A program made the position numbers and the translations under genes. A stretch of DNA of 56,030 nucleotides, the filler included, from Squatina squatina (Eukaryota): assembly GCA_031763465.1 (NCBI GenBank). It is 3 parts of 3 records of this genome, joined end to end, with 100 filler letters (N's around TTAATTAATTAA, not from the genome) between each part and the next. Parts side by side here need not be neighbours in the genome. Positions count along the whole stretch, not along the records: positions 1 to 28,901 come from JARFOE010000080.1; positions 29,002 to 40,910 come from JARFOE010073231.1; 1 more part is not named here. One strand, given 5' to 3'. The stretch's first letter is position 1, and each line of letters opens with the position of its first letter. The notes beneath the pieces were generated by a model. That model searched no databases and was not told the origin of the DNA. It worked only from the letters and a program-made list of their open reading frames with translations. This document shows positions 25,071-35,598 of this stretch, one piece after another.

Positions 25071-25710
25071 TTGGAGGGGTTAAAAAACACACCAAAGGTT
25101 TAACTTGTAAATCATTTGCTGGGAACAGCTCTATCTTGAGGACCTGAGCTAGTCACTGGCAGTTACCATCTTTATATCATTAGCCTCTGTATTGTAATGA
25201 GCGCAGTCGATGATGAGCAAACCCTTGTGAGGAAGCTTACTAAATTAATCTTATCATTCCGAAGCAAGCAGCCTTTCCTTGTTCTCCAGATGATAACTAT
25301 TATACTGCACCCATAGAAAAGTTTCTCCATATGACGTGCCTGAGGAAAGGAACTAATCTTATCGTTCTGAAAGCACATTGCTTTCCTTTCCCAGAGGCTA
25401 CAAACACCACAAAGAGTATTCTCATTGGCCTTACTTTTCTTTTTTTCTCCCCCCTTCACCACACTTGGTTCTCATTTGGAGTAAGCACAGGCAGGTCAGA
25501 GCACGAACTGTAATACTTAACTCCTGAATTTCTGAATTAAAGGAAATCCAAGCTGATTATGTTGACTTTGCTTAAATTCTTCTTGTTACTCTCCATCTTT
25601 TATCTAAACGGCAAAGAAAAAGACAAAAAAAAGGGGGGAGGGAAAAAACAAGTGGCTTTGAATAGATAATCTACTGCTGAAAATCACCCATTTTCTAAAG
25701 TACTTAACCC

Positions 25711-25792
25711 ATGACGTGACACAGAATTGGGCAGGAGGGAATGGTACTGAGGAAGGGTTCTTATAAATGCAGCTAGTGGAGGTCAAAGGTTG
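25711..25792 (+). promoter_or_regulatory. Possible Pol II promoter-like motif cluster
   Basis: ATGACGTGAC (25711), reverse CCAAT (25726), GAGGAAG, TATAAAT (25762), DR1-like AGGTCA-A-AGGTTG (25780). Motif-only evidence. Confidence 0.25.
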
Positions 25793-27570
25793 CACTCAGC
25801 TTGCTGGTGGTCCCGAGGTTATGAATAGAAGAGAAAAAAAATAGTACAAATACCAGGTTAAAGCTACAAAGGAACAGTCATGTGGCTGTAAAGATGGTAT
25901 TGTTCACTTTTGTGGCTGTTTCCGATAATAGACAGAGAGAACCTGGTCTGCTGAAACACAGAAAATCCTGCAAAAAGATTATTGTTGTTTGAATATAAAA
26001 CACTTGCTGCAAGTTGCCTAGGTCTGTGTTGTTTCAACTAGAATATTTTTTATGCACAGGATATTTTAACACTCGCTTTTTCATTGTGTGTGGCAGATGA
26101 AATGCACTTTTTTTCCTTGTTAATTTTGTCAGTGCACTTGATAGGTTGATGTTAAATTTTGGTGCAGCACTTACAGAACTGCAGTAAAATTTGAAAACAG
26201 TTACAAAACAAAACAAAAAAAAAAATCATTAAACTCACTTGCTTTCAATATGTCGGAGACAACTGCAACTGATGTCTCACAAAGCCGGCCCGGTTCACCT
26301 GCTTGAAAATTTGTACCCGGGTGAGAAGGAACAAGCCCATAATCCCTGAATGNNNNNNNNNNNNNNNNNNNNNNNNNNNNNNNNNNNNNNNNNNNNNNNN
26401 NNNNNNNNNNNNNNNNNNNNNNNNNNNNNNNNNNNNNNNNNNNNNNNNNNNNTCAGTAAAAATGTTACAAATTTCTGTTTTCTGTATCCCGTCCCTCTAA
26501 CTGCACCAGAATCTTTATGAAAGGAAACTCTCAGTGGAAAAAGTAATAGCTCCCAGATTGAGCGCAGAAGAATTTAAGGAAGAAAGTTATTTAATTGGCC
26601 CTTGTTCTGTCTTTCCAGAAATCAGGAAATCTCAAATATCTTATCCTGTTCTACACAGATTGCTTTATTTTGGACAGTTTTCTGGCATGGGCTGAACTGT
26701 ATAAACATTAGCCGGAAATGGTCTTTGCCTTTTAAAATAAAAAAAAATTGAAGACTGGCTGAATAAAATCCTATTGTCTCCTCCTTTGACTAGTGCTTAT
26801 TGGAAACAGTTGTACAGATTTTTGTTTTCTATTTTGCTGTTTTGGTCTCACTGATTGCTCAACAGATCTCACAAAAAAATTAGCATTTTTCTTTCCGAAA
26901 AAGCATAAGGTTATAGTTTCTTGTAAAAACAGAACACTGAACAAAACCACAGAAAATTCAAAGGTACCACTTATATTTCAAAGTGTCAGCACAAAAAAAA
27001 ACTTCAATTTGCCAATTAGTAAAATGAAACTAATTCATTTCACTTGGAAACAGTGGGAAAACTGACATAAGCATCACGAGCAGGCTCTTCAATTTCTTCC
27101 AGACCCAGTTATGCATATGAAACAGAGTGTATTTAGTTCCAAATTAATAAACAGCAACAATTATAGCATTTAGCAACTGCAACGGTACTTCACTTTTTAA
27201 TCTTTCTCTTTTTTTTCTTTCCTTCCTTTTTTCTTTCTGTCTACAAGGCTAAGAGGGCGGGATCTAAAGTGTTCTGGGTTTTGATTGGTGCATCTATCTG
27301 ATTGGATTTTTTTCATGGTAAAGTCAACTACACGCAACGACATTTCTATGAAAATTCTACATCGTACTGTAGGTCTTGCAGAGTCACATACCCCATGCTA
27401 TACCCAGTGCCATAGCCTTACAGTACGTACACCTCCACAGCAATGTAACTACAGACTGCAACAGATTGCTNNNNNNNNNNNNNNNNNNNNNNNNNNNNNN
27501 NNNNNNNNNNNNNNNNNNNNNNNNNNNNNNNNNNNNNNNNNNNNNNNNNNNNNNNNNNNNNNNNNNNNNN

Positions 27571-27630
27571 CGCTTTGGAATACCCTGAGGTTGTGAAAGG
27601 CGCTATATAAGTGCAAGTCTTTCTTTCTTT
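27571..27630 (+). mobile_element. Deu-SINE/L2-type 3' tail
   Basis: cgctttgg...gaggttgtgaaaggcgctatataagtgcaagtctttctttctt. Confidence 0.75.
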
Positions 27631-28901
27631 AGACTGCCAGAGATCAGTCAACTCTCAATAGACCACTGACTTTTTAAAAAATATAGACATCAGGTCAAAG
27701 CGACTCATTAGCACTGCCATTTTTCTAATTGTGTGAAAGAACAGGCCATCCCTTCTCAAAATGGTCCATATTGGGGAAACGTCAAGTATCCGCAACTCCT
27801 ATAAAATGGCTCAATTCAGCTTCCTTCAGTTTATTAAGCTCAGCTGAGTTCACGACCCTAACAGAAAATATAATTGACCTCTTTTTTTAAAACAAACCTC
27901 TGCTGTGCTAACTAAGCAGTGCTGAACTGATTAGCTCTTCGCTGAAGTTCCTACAAGTAATTAACCATCAATCCCGGGATAGAGAATTCTCTGTGCTTTA
28001 ATTTAAAAACTTCCCGTGTCAGCACTTAACCCTGCAAATACCTCTTCACCACTATCAGGCCTATCAGCGGGCTCTCCCAGCACCTTTGACATTTGCCAGA
28101 CTCAGTTTGCCGCAGTTGGATTCGATGCCTGTACATTTACACTTATCTTGCATGCCAATATCCAATCCTCTCCCATCGGGAGGAAGTTTTGCTGTGCTCT
28201 CTTGTTTTTTTTTTCAATTTGCAAGGACATCCTGTTTAGAAACTAATCACAAGAACATTGGGCTCTTTGCCAAGCGTCACAATCAGCGAGAGCTCAGAGA
28301 CAAAAAGCCAGTGTCTAAATGTATGTGAAAGTAAAACAGAAATGATTCCACAACGGGGGATTGTGATTCAGCTGCATGTAGTGATATAAGGTAACTTTTC
28401 CTTGAATTTAATTGTAAACTTAAAGGAATTTCTAAGCATCCCAGAGTTTGCTGGCATCAAACGGGCCATTATGCCTCTCAGTAGAGGCTGGATGTTTGCA
28501 GTTGCTGGCAGCTGTTGTCCAAGCCTTGCCTAACAGCTGATAGACTGGCAGAATATATTGAAACAGTGCAGCCTGGAGCCTGGGAAAGGTCCCAGCGCTG
28601 AATGCACACAGTGGCGCAGGGTAATTAGCTTACCACAAGCAAGATTACAGTGCTAGCACTGATGATGACCCATGTGACCTGCTTTTCAAAAGTCATTATG
28701 AATTAGAAAAGGTAATTCTTTTCACAGAAATCTGCTGAATTTCTCAATGGCCCAAGTTTATGACTCAAGTTTTCAATGGTAGACAGTGTGTCAGAAACGG
28801 CTTTTGCCAACTGTCAGCTAAACTGTGCTGTTAACAAAAGACTTTTTTTTTAATGGATAAAGTAAGGCTATAAAGGCCTGACCAAGAATTAACATTAAAA
28901 T

Positions 28902-29001
28902 NNNNNNNNNNNNNNNNNNNNNNNNNNNNNNNNNNNNNNNNNNNNTTAATTAATTAANNNNNNNNNNNNNNNNNNNNNNNNNNNNNNNNNNNNNNNNNNN
29001 N
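28902..29001. other. Artificial contig-joining spacer
   Basis: 44 N + TTAATTAATTAA (28946-28957; stops in all six frames) + 44 N. Confidence 0.95.
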
Positions 29002-29815
29002 TTTTGGGTTGCGGTTTCCCATGAGTTGGTGGGGAAGTTGCATTTCTTCAATAAGGCCTTGAGGACGTCCTTGTAGCGTTTCCTCTGCCCTCCTCTGAGT
29101 TGTTTCCCATGGCGGAGTTTGGAATAGGGAGATTGTTTGGGAGTCTTGTCTCTGGCATGCAGACGATGTGACCAGCCGATCCCAGCTGATTGAGCATAAC
29201 CAGGGCCTCGATGCTATGGGTGTTTGCCTGGTTGAGGATGCTGACGTTGTTGCGTTTGTCCTGCCTGCTTATTTGCAGGATTTTGTGAAGGCAGCGTTGG
29301 TGATATTTCTCTAGAGCCTTGAGGTGTCGGCTGTACAGTGTCCATATCTCCAATGCATCAAAGCGAGCGGGTATCACTGCTACTCTGTAGACGATGATGT
29401 TGATGTCCAGCCTGAGGTTTTTGTCCTCGAACACTGTCTTCCTCAGGTGCCCGAATGCTACACTAGCGCAATGGAGGTAATGCTGGATCTCGCCGTGTAA
29501 GTCTGCCTTAGCTGAGAGGAGACTTCTGAGATATGGGAAGTGTTCCACAGTGTCCAGGAAATTGCCATGTATTTTGATGTTTGGGGCTTGGTGGTGTGTG
29601 CCAGGAGCGGGCTGCTCTAGCAGTTTAGTCCCGACTATGCTTAGAGTAAGTCCCATTCTCTCGTATGCCTCGATGAATATGTTGATGGTGGTTTGGCGCT
29701 CAGTCTCCCAGTGTGGGCAGACGTAGGCATCATCTGCATATTGCATCTCGGTGAGGAAGATAGAGGAAACCTTGGATCTGGGCTCTAGACAATGAAGGTT
29801 GAAGAATTCAGCCAA
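29002..29815 (-). mobile_element. RTE (BovB-like) LINE reverse transcriptase fragment
   Basis: ORF 29048..29824 has MQYADD (RT catalytic motif), HFPYLRS, YHQRCLHKILQI, GHIVCMPETRLP; frameshift near the end. Confidence 0.9.
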
Positions 29816-30829
29816 CATATACAATAGTTATAAGTAAATATCTGGGCTAAAGTTAAGGCGAAGAGACTTGTGACTGTCCCAAGGGCATTCCATCTTTTGA
29901 TGGCAAACGTTCATACATTGCCACTATTCGACTAACATGGGCTGCAACTTCATATGCATTTATTCCCACAGCTGATGTCACGCTTGAGATATTTGTAAAA
30001 AATTCAATCAATTTGCCCTCCAGGTCTGTCCGACAAACTCTATTAATTTGCAGTAATGTGCATGCCAATCTTTATTTTTAACCGTTGTATATGTCACCGG
30101 AGTTTTTAACCTAGATATTGGCCATCTCCTGATCTGCGTGCAGAGCATTCTCTCTCTTTGAGTATCCAAACTCTTTTTCCGAATACACAGTGACACGATT
30201 CTAATTCCTCTTTCTCCCACATTCGCCTCTGGCTAAAATGCTCAGGGCAAGCAGGCTGGGATACTTTGACGATTGACACTAATTTAGAATATTCTGACAG
30301 TAAGTTGATAATGTTGCAGTGCAGTTCTGCACTGACCGGCTTGAATGGCCGAGTCCACTTCCCTTATTTCAAAGAACAACAATCGAACATATTTTTTTCA
30401 GCATTTATCACATTTGCTTGCAATATGCACGTAGATACAATAATTCAGCTTGAAATCGCATCCACTGGCTGTTACTGTGTTTACAGACATTCTACGGATA
30501 ATAAGAGCATTGAATGTTAATGCAAGTTCCATCCTCTTTCACCTGCTATAAAATTTCAGCATTTGCTGATCAGAGGGAAAAGCTCTGAATTGTTTCTCTG
30601 TTTATTTCCTGCACTTTCCCATCCTCTCGACTCGCTACTCCCCGTTTGTTCTTGTCAGCTGACCTCTATTCTGATATCTCACCTTCCCCCTTCTCCCTTT
30701 CTGTGCACTGCTCTCCTCCGCTTCTAACCAGCGCTGCTCCAATCTGTTCGCTGCTCTTCCCCTTTCAAATCCTTTCCTCTCCTGCCCTCCTCTCCTCTCT
30801 TCATGCTCACCCCGTCCTCAGTCTTATCG

Positions 30830-31150
30830 GAAGACAGGAACAGGAGTTGGCCTTCCAACCCCTCGAGCCTGCTCCACCATCGGGATCCCTATACCCACCT
30901 TTGGCCTATAGTCATTAATACCTTTCATTAACATAAATCTTTCAAACTCTGATTTAAATTTTGCAATTGACCCAGCATCAATTGCCGCTTACTGAAGCAT
31001 GTCCCAAAATTCTACAGCCCTTTGTATGAAGAAGTGTCTCCGAATGTCACCCCTATAATAACTAACTCTAAATTTTACACTGTATTCCCCCATTCCGAGA
31101 ATCTCCAAACAGCGGACATAGTATCATTCCATCTACTTTATCTGTTCCCC
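30830..31150 (-). mobile_element. Old CR1 3' fragment
   Basis: acaggaacaggagttggccttccaacccctcgagcctgctccaccat...caattgacccagcatc...gaagaagtgt. Confidence 0.7.
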
Positions 31151-32024
31151 ATAATATGCTACTTCCGTATTCTGTCTCGCTCCCTCTCTGACATTCCCGT
31201 TCCTCGTATGGTGCACTTTCTCCATTCGCTCACCTTCCTCCCATTCCCATATGCTTCCTATTCCCGAACTGACTTTAATCAATCATCACACAGCCCTCCA
31301 ACCATTTTCTGGCCTGAATATTGCCCTTGACTTCACTCCTCCCGTGCAACAGTTTTGGAATTCAGTCATGAGTGGGGACGAGCAACTAAATCTAAGCTGG
31401 TAATTCAAACTCAACTTCCAACATATAGCTGGTAGCGAATGCTTTACAACCTATTGTGCTCACCCAATGATGTATTTCTGCACCGAACGATCTCTTTCCA
31501 GAGCATACTGTTGGATGTTAATTAAGTTGTCGACATGTCTTTCTCACCTAAGAGCATTAAATAGCCATTTCCAGCGCATATATACACTTTATTTTTCATG
31601 GTTCTGGAGCCAGCACACGTAAAATTGCTCTGATGATTCGTTTTGTCTAATTACGTTTTGCCAAATAAGATTACAGGCAAAGCATGTTCGGAAAGAAGCA
31701 CTTTCGTGTAAAACATGTTGCTACATAGATACTTGTGATAATGTGATAAGCAAGCAATGTTAAGTCTGCTAGAGAATCTGATGAAGGAATAAATCAACGC
31801 GGTAGGTTTTGTTGTTTGTATCTAGCACCAGCCTTTCACAGACCTTAATTCCCGTTCTTTCTAATTATTGGGAGGATACTCAGCCAGATTCTATAAGCCG
31901 TTTGTTTCCATGCAGGGCTTAGGATAATAAAGGCAACAGCATTTCCACCAGGATTCCCAAGTAGACATTTGTTTTCACGGGGCTTGGCGAATAACATGCA
32001 TCAATCACCCGTTGCTGAGATCTA

Positions 32025-32165
32025 TTATTTATTTTTCCCTTCGGCACACAAGCTTGTGCCGGGAACAGTGACCGAGGCAGCTTCTTCCCGATTCAGGATT
32101 GCCATATTCAAAGTGGCATAGGTGATCTCCTGATTGTCATTCTCTGCTACTTCCAAATCGAGTCT
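32025..32165 (-). CDS. Terminal exon of ITIM-bearing receptor (RLDLEVAENDNQEITYATLNMAILNREEAASVTVPGTSLCAEGKNK*)
   Basis: Acceptor tttgtctctttatcatgttgttgatcacag, phase 0, 141 nt; ITIM ITYATL at 32109-32126 after acidic residues; TAA then TAG. Confidence 0.8.
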   Translation of the reverse strand, partial: RLDLEVAENDNQEITYATLNMAILNREEAASVTVPGTSLCAEGKNK

Positions 32166-32229
32166 CTGTGATCAACAACATGATAAAGAGACAAACCTTA
32201 AATATATTTGCATAACCTGACACGTTCCT

Positions 32230-32435
32230 TGTCTCCAATTCTCACTTTCTATCTCTCTGTCTCCCATCCCCATCTTGCGCTCCATATCACACAGTCTCTC
32301 GCTCTCTTTCTCTCCGACTGTATATTTCCTTCTCTCTCCCTCTCTCTCTCTCTCTCCCTCTCTGTCCCTTTCTGAATTTTTCTGTCTTTCTCTCTGTCTC
32401 CCAGGCTCTCTCTCTCTCTCAATCCATCTCTCCCA
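32230..32435. repeat. Degenerate (CT)n low-complexity tract
   Basis: Interrupted tctctc runs; explains ORF 32275..32568. Confidence 0.85.
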
Positions 32436-32504
32436 CTTTATAATTTATATTCACGATTTTCGTTATAGGAGGCAGCAGAGAATAATTAACATTATTTCAA
32501 AACA

Positions 32505-32870
32505 TCAGAACATAAGAAATAGGAGCATGAGTAGGCCTTCCAGCTCCTCGAGCCTGCTCTGCCAGTGAACAATTTCATGGCTGCTGTTCTCCGTCAAAGC
32601 CACTTCCCTCCATATTCTGCATATCTCTTGATGCCTTTCACATCTGGAAAACAAGCAATCCATTTTGAATGTACCTCAAATATTGACCCTCTACAGTGCT
32701 CTGGGTTGGAGAATTCCAAAGATTCACCACCCTCTGTATGAAGAAATTTCTCCTCATCTCATTCTCAAGTGGCCTACCCAATATTCTGAGACTGTGACCC
32801 CTGAGTCTAGACTCCCAAAGCAGGGGAAACATCCTCCATGCATCAACCTGTCGATCTCTGTCAGAATTCT
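32505..32870 (-). mobile_element. CR1 3' fragment inside the last intron of the receptor gene
   Basis: Minus ORF MFPLLWESRLRGHSLRILGRPLENEMRRNFFIQRVVNLWNS; agaacataagaa tail. Confidence 0.85.
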
Positions 32871-32878
32871 GTGCTTAC

Positions 32879-32916
32879 ATTCCTCTCAGCATCGGAAGTA
32901 CGACTCCTTCTGACAT
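32879..32916 (-). CDS. 38-nt cytoplasmic micro-exon of ITIM receptor ((H)VRRSRTSDAERN)
   Basis: atttttcctttcag|ATGTC...GGAAT|gtaagc; phase 1 to 0, bridging the 53-nt exon and the ITIM exon. Confidence 0.75.
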
Positions 32917-34019
32917 CTGAAAGGAAAAATTTTGCATTTTATTACAGGATTTATTTGTGGTAACCTGCACATCAAAGAGAAAGTCGTCTGGCGACAATAA
33001 TTCTGCATATGATTCATGCATGATTGTATAATTTTTAATATAAGCTGATTCTGTATTCCATTTGTATTAAATAACCTGCAAATAATACAACATGGTTCCG
33101 AGCCAACGACTACCTCCAAGAACTGTCTTTGATTATTGAAATCAACTGCAGTCCTCGACTGACCATCTCTCACCGTCCAGGCACTCTGCACAGCTGCATT
33201 GCTCTGACTGTAAGGGGACATTGTTCTATTCCTACTGTAATACAACCTGGGCCTGAGCTTATGAGAAAATTAGCTACACAATACAGAGCTTGGACCTTTT
33301 GCCGTATACTCATTTCTAGGTGTTTGCCCAGCCTATAATCTTTTCAGGTTTTCATCTGTGCAAAAGCATTATTTAAAGCAGTGAGTGTGTACACAGTATT
33401 GTATATCCTACTGTGGTATATGCTGAAATTGAAACTGTCTGTTGTTCAGATTTAGAAACAAGGTTAAGAATTCCTTTTCTTCACCATTTGCGCTACCATT
33501 AAAATGTTAGAATGAGGGAAATGTGGATAACATTCTAAAGATGTTGTTCCAATTTCCATCTGTTTTCCCAGTGAGTGTTTACGGGATAGACTGCACCTAG
33601 CCTCTTGGATGCAAAGAAATATTTCGGATTTGCCAGCCATTAAATAAACCACCTATTTTTATGTTCCGTTACAAGCAGTTGATGGTCAGCCAGCCCAAAC
33701 CGTCCTGATTTGCCCATGGGGCATGTTGACTAGATGCCTTGATATGATAAATAGCACGAACAACAATGCCCCGTTGTATCTAATTGCAATCCTGAGCTCA
33801 ATTTTAGCGCGCAGAAACTACATGTTCCAGAAAAAGGAATGGACAATAGATCAGCTTCTTTCCAAAGCAGGTGTTATGCGTAACACGCTTAACAACGGTC
33901 CCAAATACCTGCAATCAATACAGCATATAGCAGAGTTTGTTGAGTTGCACTTTGCATTTTGCTGTGTGGTGTAAAATAGATGTTTATTTTCACATTTTGA
34001 TATACAGAGGTAGCGAAAG

Positions 34020-34255
34020 GATCACATAGGAAATACTGCAGTGAAACAAGCCAGGATCTCTGGTCTACTCGAGCCTCCTTTCGATTTCCTCATCCAAACC
34101 TATCAGAGTAACCCTCTGCATCTTCCTCCCTCAAATAATTGTCCATCCTCCCCTTAAATGCATCTACACTATTCGCATCAACCATTACATGTGGTAACGA
34201 GTTTCACACTCTCAGCACTCTCTGTGTTAAGAAGTTTCTACTGAATTCTCTATTA
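34020..34255 (-). mobile_element. Old CR1 3' fragment
   Basis: cccttaaatgcatctacactattcgcatcaacc...ctctctgtgttaagaagtttc; same family as 6430-6686 in reverse. Confidence 0.7.
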
Positions 34256-34668
34256 GGTTTCATTTCCACGATCGAATAAAATGATATGTTTAGCTGTGGA
34301 TGGTGACACAGCACAAGCGGTAAAGCTTTGGTCACCAGTTTAGCACAGCAATTGACATTTGGAAATTAGAACTCAATATCTGGCATGTCGTAGAATGGAT
34401 GAAAGTTATGATCCACCAGTTTTGTCTCCAATTCCACTCCTGTCGTATCAAATCCTTCACAAGCCAGTTAATTACTTTACTTTAAAAGAAACATTCGATA
34501 TTAGTTGTACTGAATAATTTAAAGTTACACTGGCTACGTATTTTGAAGGGAACATTGAAGCAATCAAAACAACTGTGACAAGGAAAATGAAAACGATCAA
34601 TATTATCGTTTGCATCTTGATGATTTAAGCCAATGATGCTGATGTAATGCCAGCAATATTGTACTTAC

Positions 34669-34721
34669 GCATGTCCTCATTGGATGCCTGAACTGTGGCT
34701 TCTCTTGCAGTGGCTGCACTT
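34669..34721 (-). CDS. 53-nt cytoplasmic micro-exon of ITIM receptor (SAATAREATVQASNEDM)
   Basis: atttttttttatcttgcag|AAGTG...CATGC|gtaagt; phase 2 to 1. Confidence 0.75.
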
Positions 34722-34891
34722 CTGCAAGATAAAAAAAAATAGTTGTTATATTATCCTATATATAACCAGAAAATAATGTTTTATTATCATTTGTCCTTTT
34801 CTAGGACAATTTAAGTGAATAATATTTCTTTGTATATTTTGTTTACAACTTTTAACAAAATAAAATGAATGTTATCCAATGAAGTTATTAC

Positions 34892-34919
34892 CTCTCAATA
34901 GGTTGCATTCTTCCTTTGT
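34892..34919 (-). CDS. 28-nt candidate micro-exon of ITIM receptor (phase unresolved)
   Basis: ttttctcattttgttttcag|ACAAAG...TGAGAG|gtaata. Entered in phase 1 it reads (D)KGRMQPIE(R) in frame with the 53-nt exon; entered in phase 2 it hits TGA. Confidence 0.5.
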
Positions 34920-35474
34920 CTGAAAACAAAATGAGAAAATATATACTAACTCACATGTTCCCAACTTATCATAATTTCAACTGTTGATTCGCTCTTATGG
35001 ATGTCTTAGTCTCAAAATTGTGTCTACTCCCTTTGTACAAAAGTACGGTGACAATACACCCACAATGCTGTCAAAATATAGAATGAGAAAATTACGATGA
35101 AAGTAATTTCCGGGACTTCAGGTTTTTTTTCAGCATAAGAGGATCTTCATTCACTTTCAAGCAAGCAGATCGACCAGGGTTAATTGCAATTTTTTTTGAT
35201 TGATTCAGCATTCAATGCTTCAGCTGATTCTCGCCCTCCACCAAACTAAATATACAGATTCACAGCTTGTTAATTGTAAGATTGCAGTAGTTTACCAGCT
35301 GAACTAATGTTCTGCTCAGATCCAATTTCTGGAGATCCCTTTCAATTGAGACAGGCAGCAGTATTCAACATTTTGTTAACCTTCCTCGCTGACTACCTTC
35401 ATTTTGGATAGAGATTGTTGGCTGATTGCAAGGTCCCTGCAGCGATTGCACGACATTCATTCACATACAAATAC

Positions 35475-35598
35475 TTCAATTTTCTAGGCGACTTCCTTCT
35501 CTTAGCGACCAAGAAGCAGATGAGGGCCACAAGCAGTAAAATGATTATCCCAGCTCCACATCCCAGGCCTGCATATAGTAACCATCCATTTCTTGCAT
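35475..35598 (-). CDS. Transmembrane exon of a type I receptor (ARNGWLLYAGLGCGAGIIILLLVALICFLVAKRRKSPRKL)
   Basis: Acceptor ttttcattttgactcacgttacag, phase 1; uncharged hydrophobic helix plus KRRK stop-transfer; donor gtattt (end 35475) or gtatgt (end 35469), both phase 2. Confidence 0.8.

Noticed and set aside
28200-28396. Possible plus-strand exon ending AAG|gtaact
   Set aside because: Stops in the frames examined; could be UTR or a conserved noncoding element, but unsupported from sequence alone.
29048-29824. Longest ORF (258 aa) as a host gene
   Set aside because: RTE reverse transcriptase fragment, 5'-truncated and frameshifted.
34950-35070. Minus-strand gtgagt donor near 34952 as another receptor exon
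   Set aside because: The intron to the 28-nt exon would be only about 33 nt, and candidate frames contain stops.
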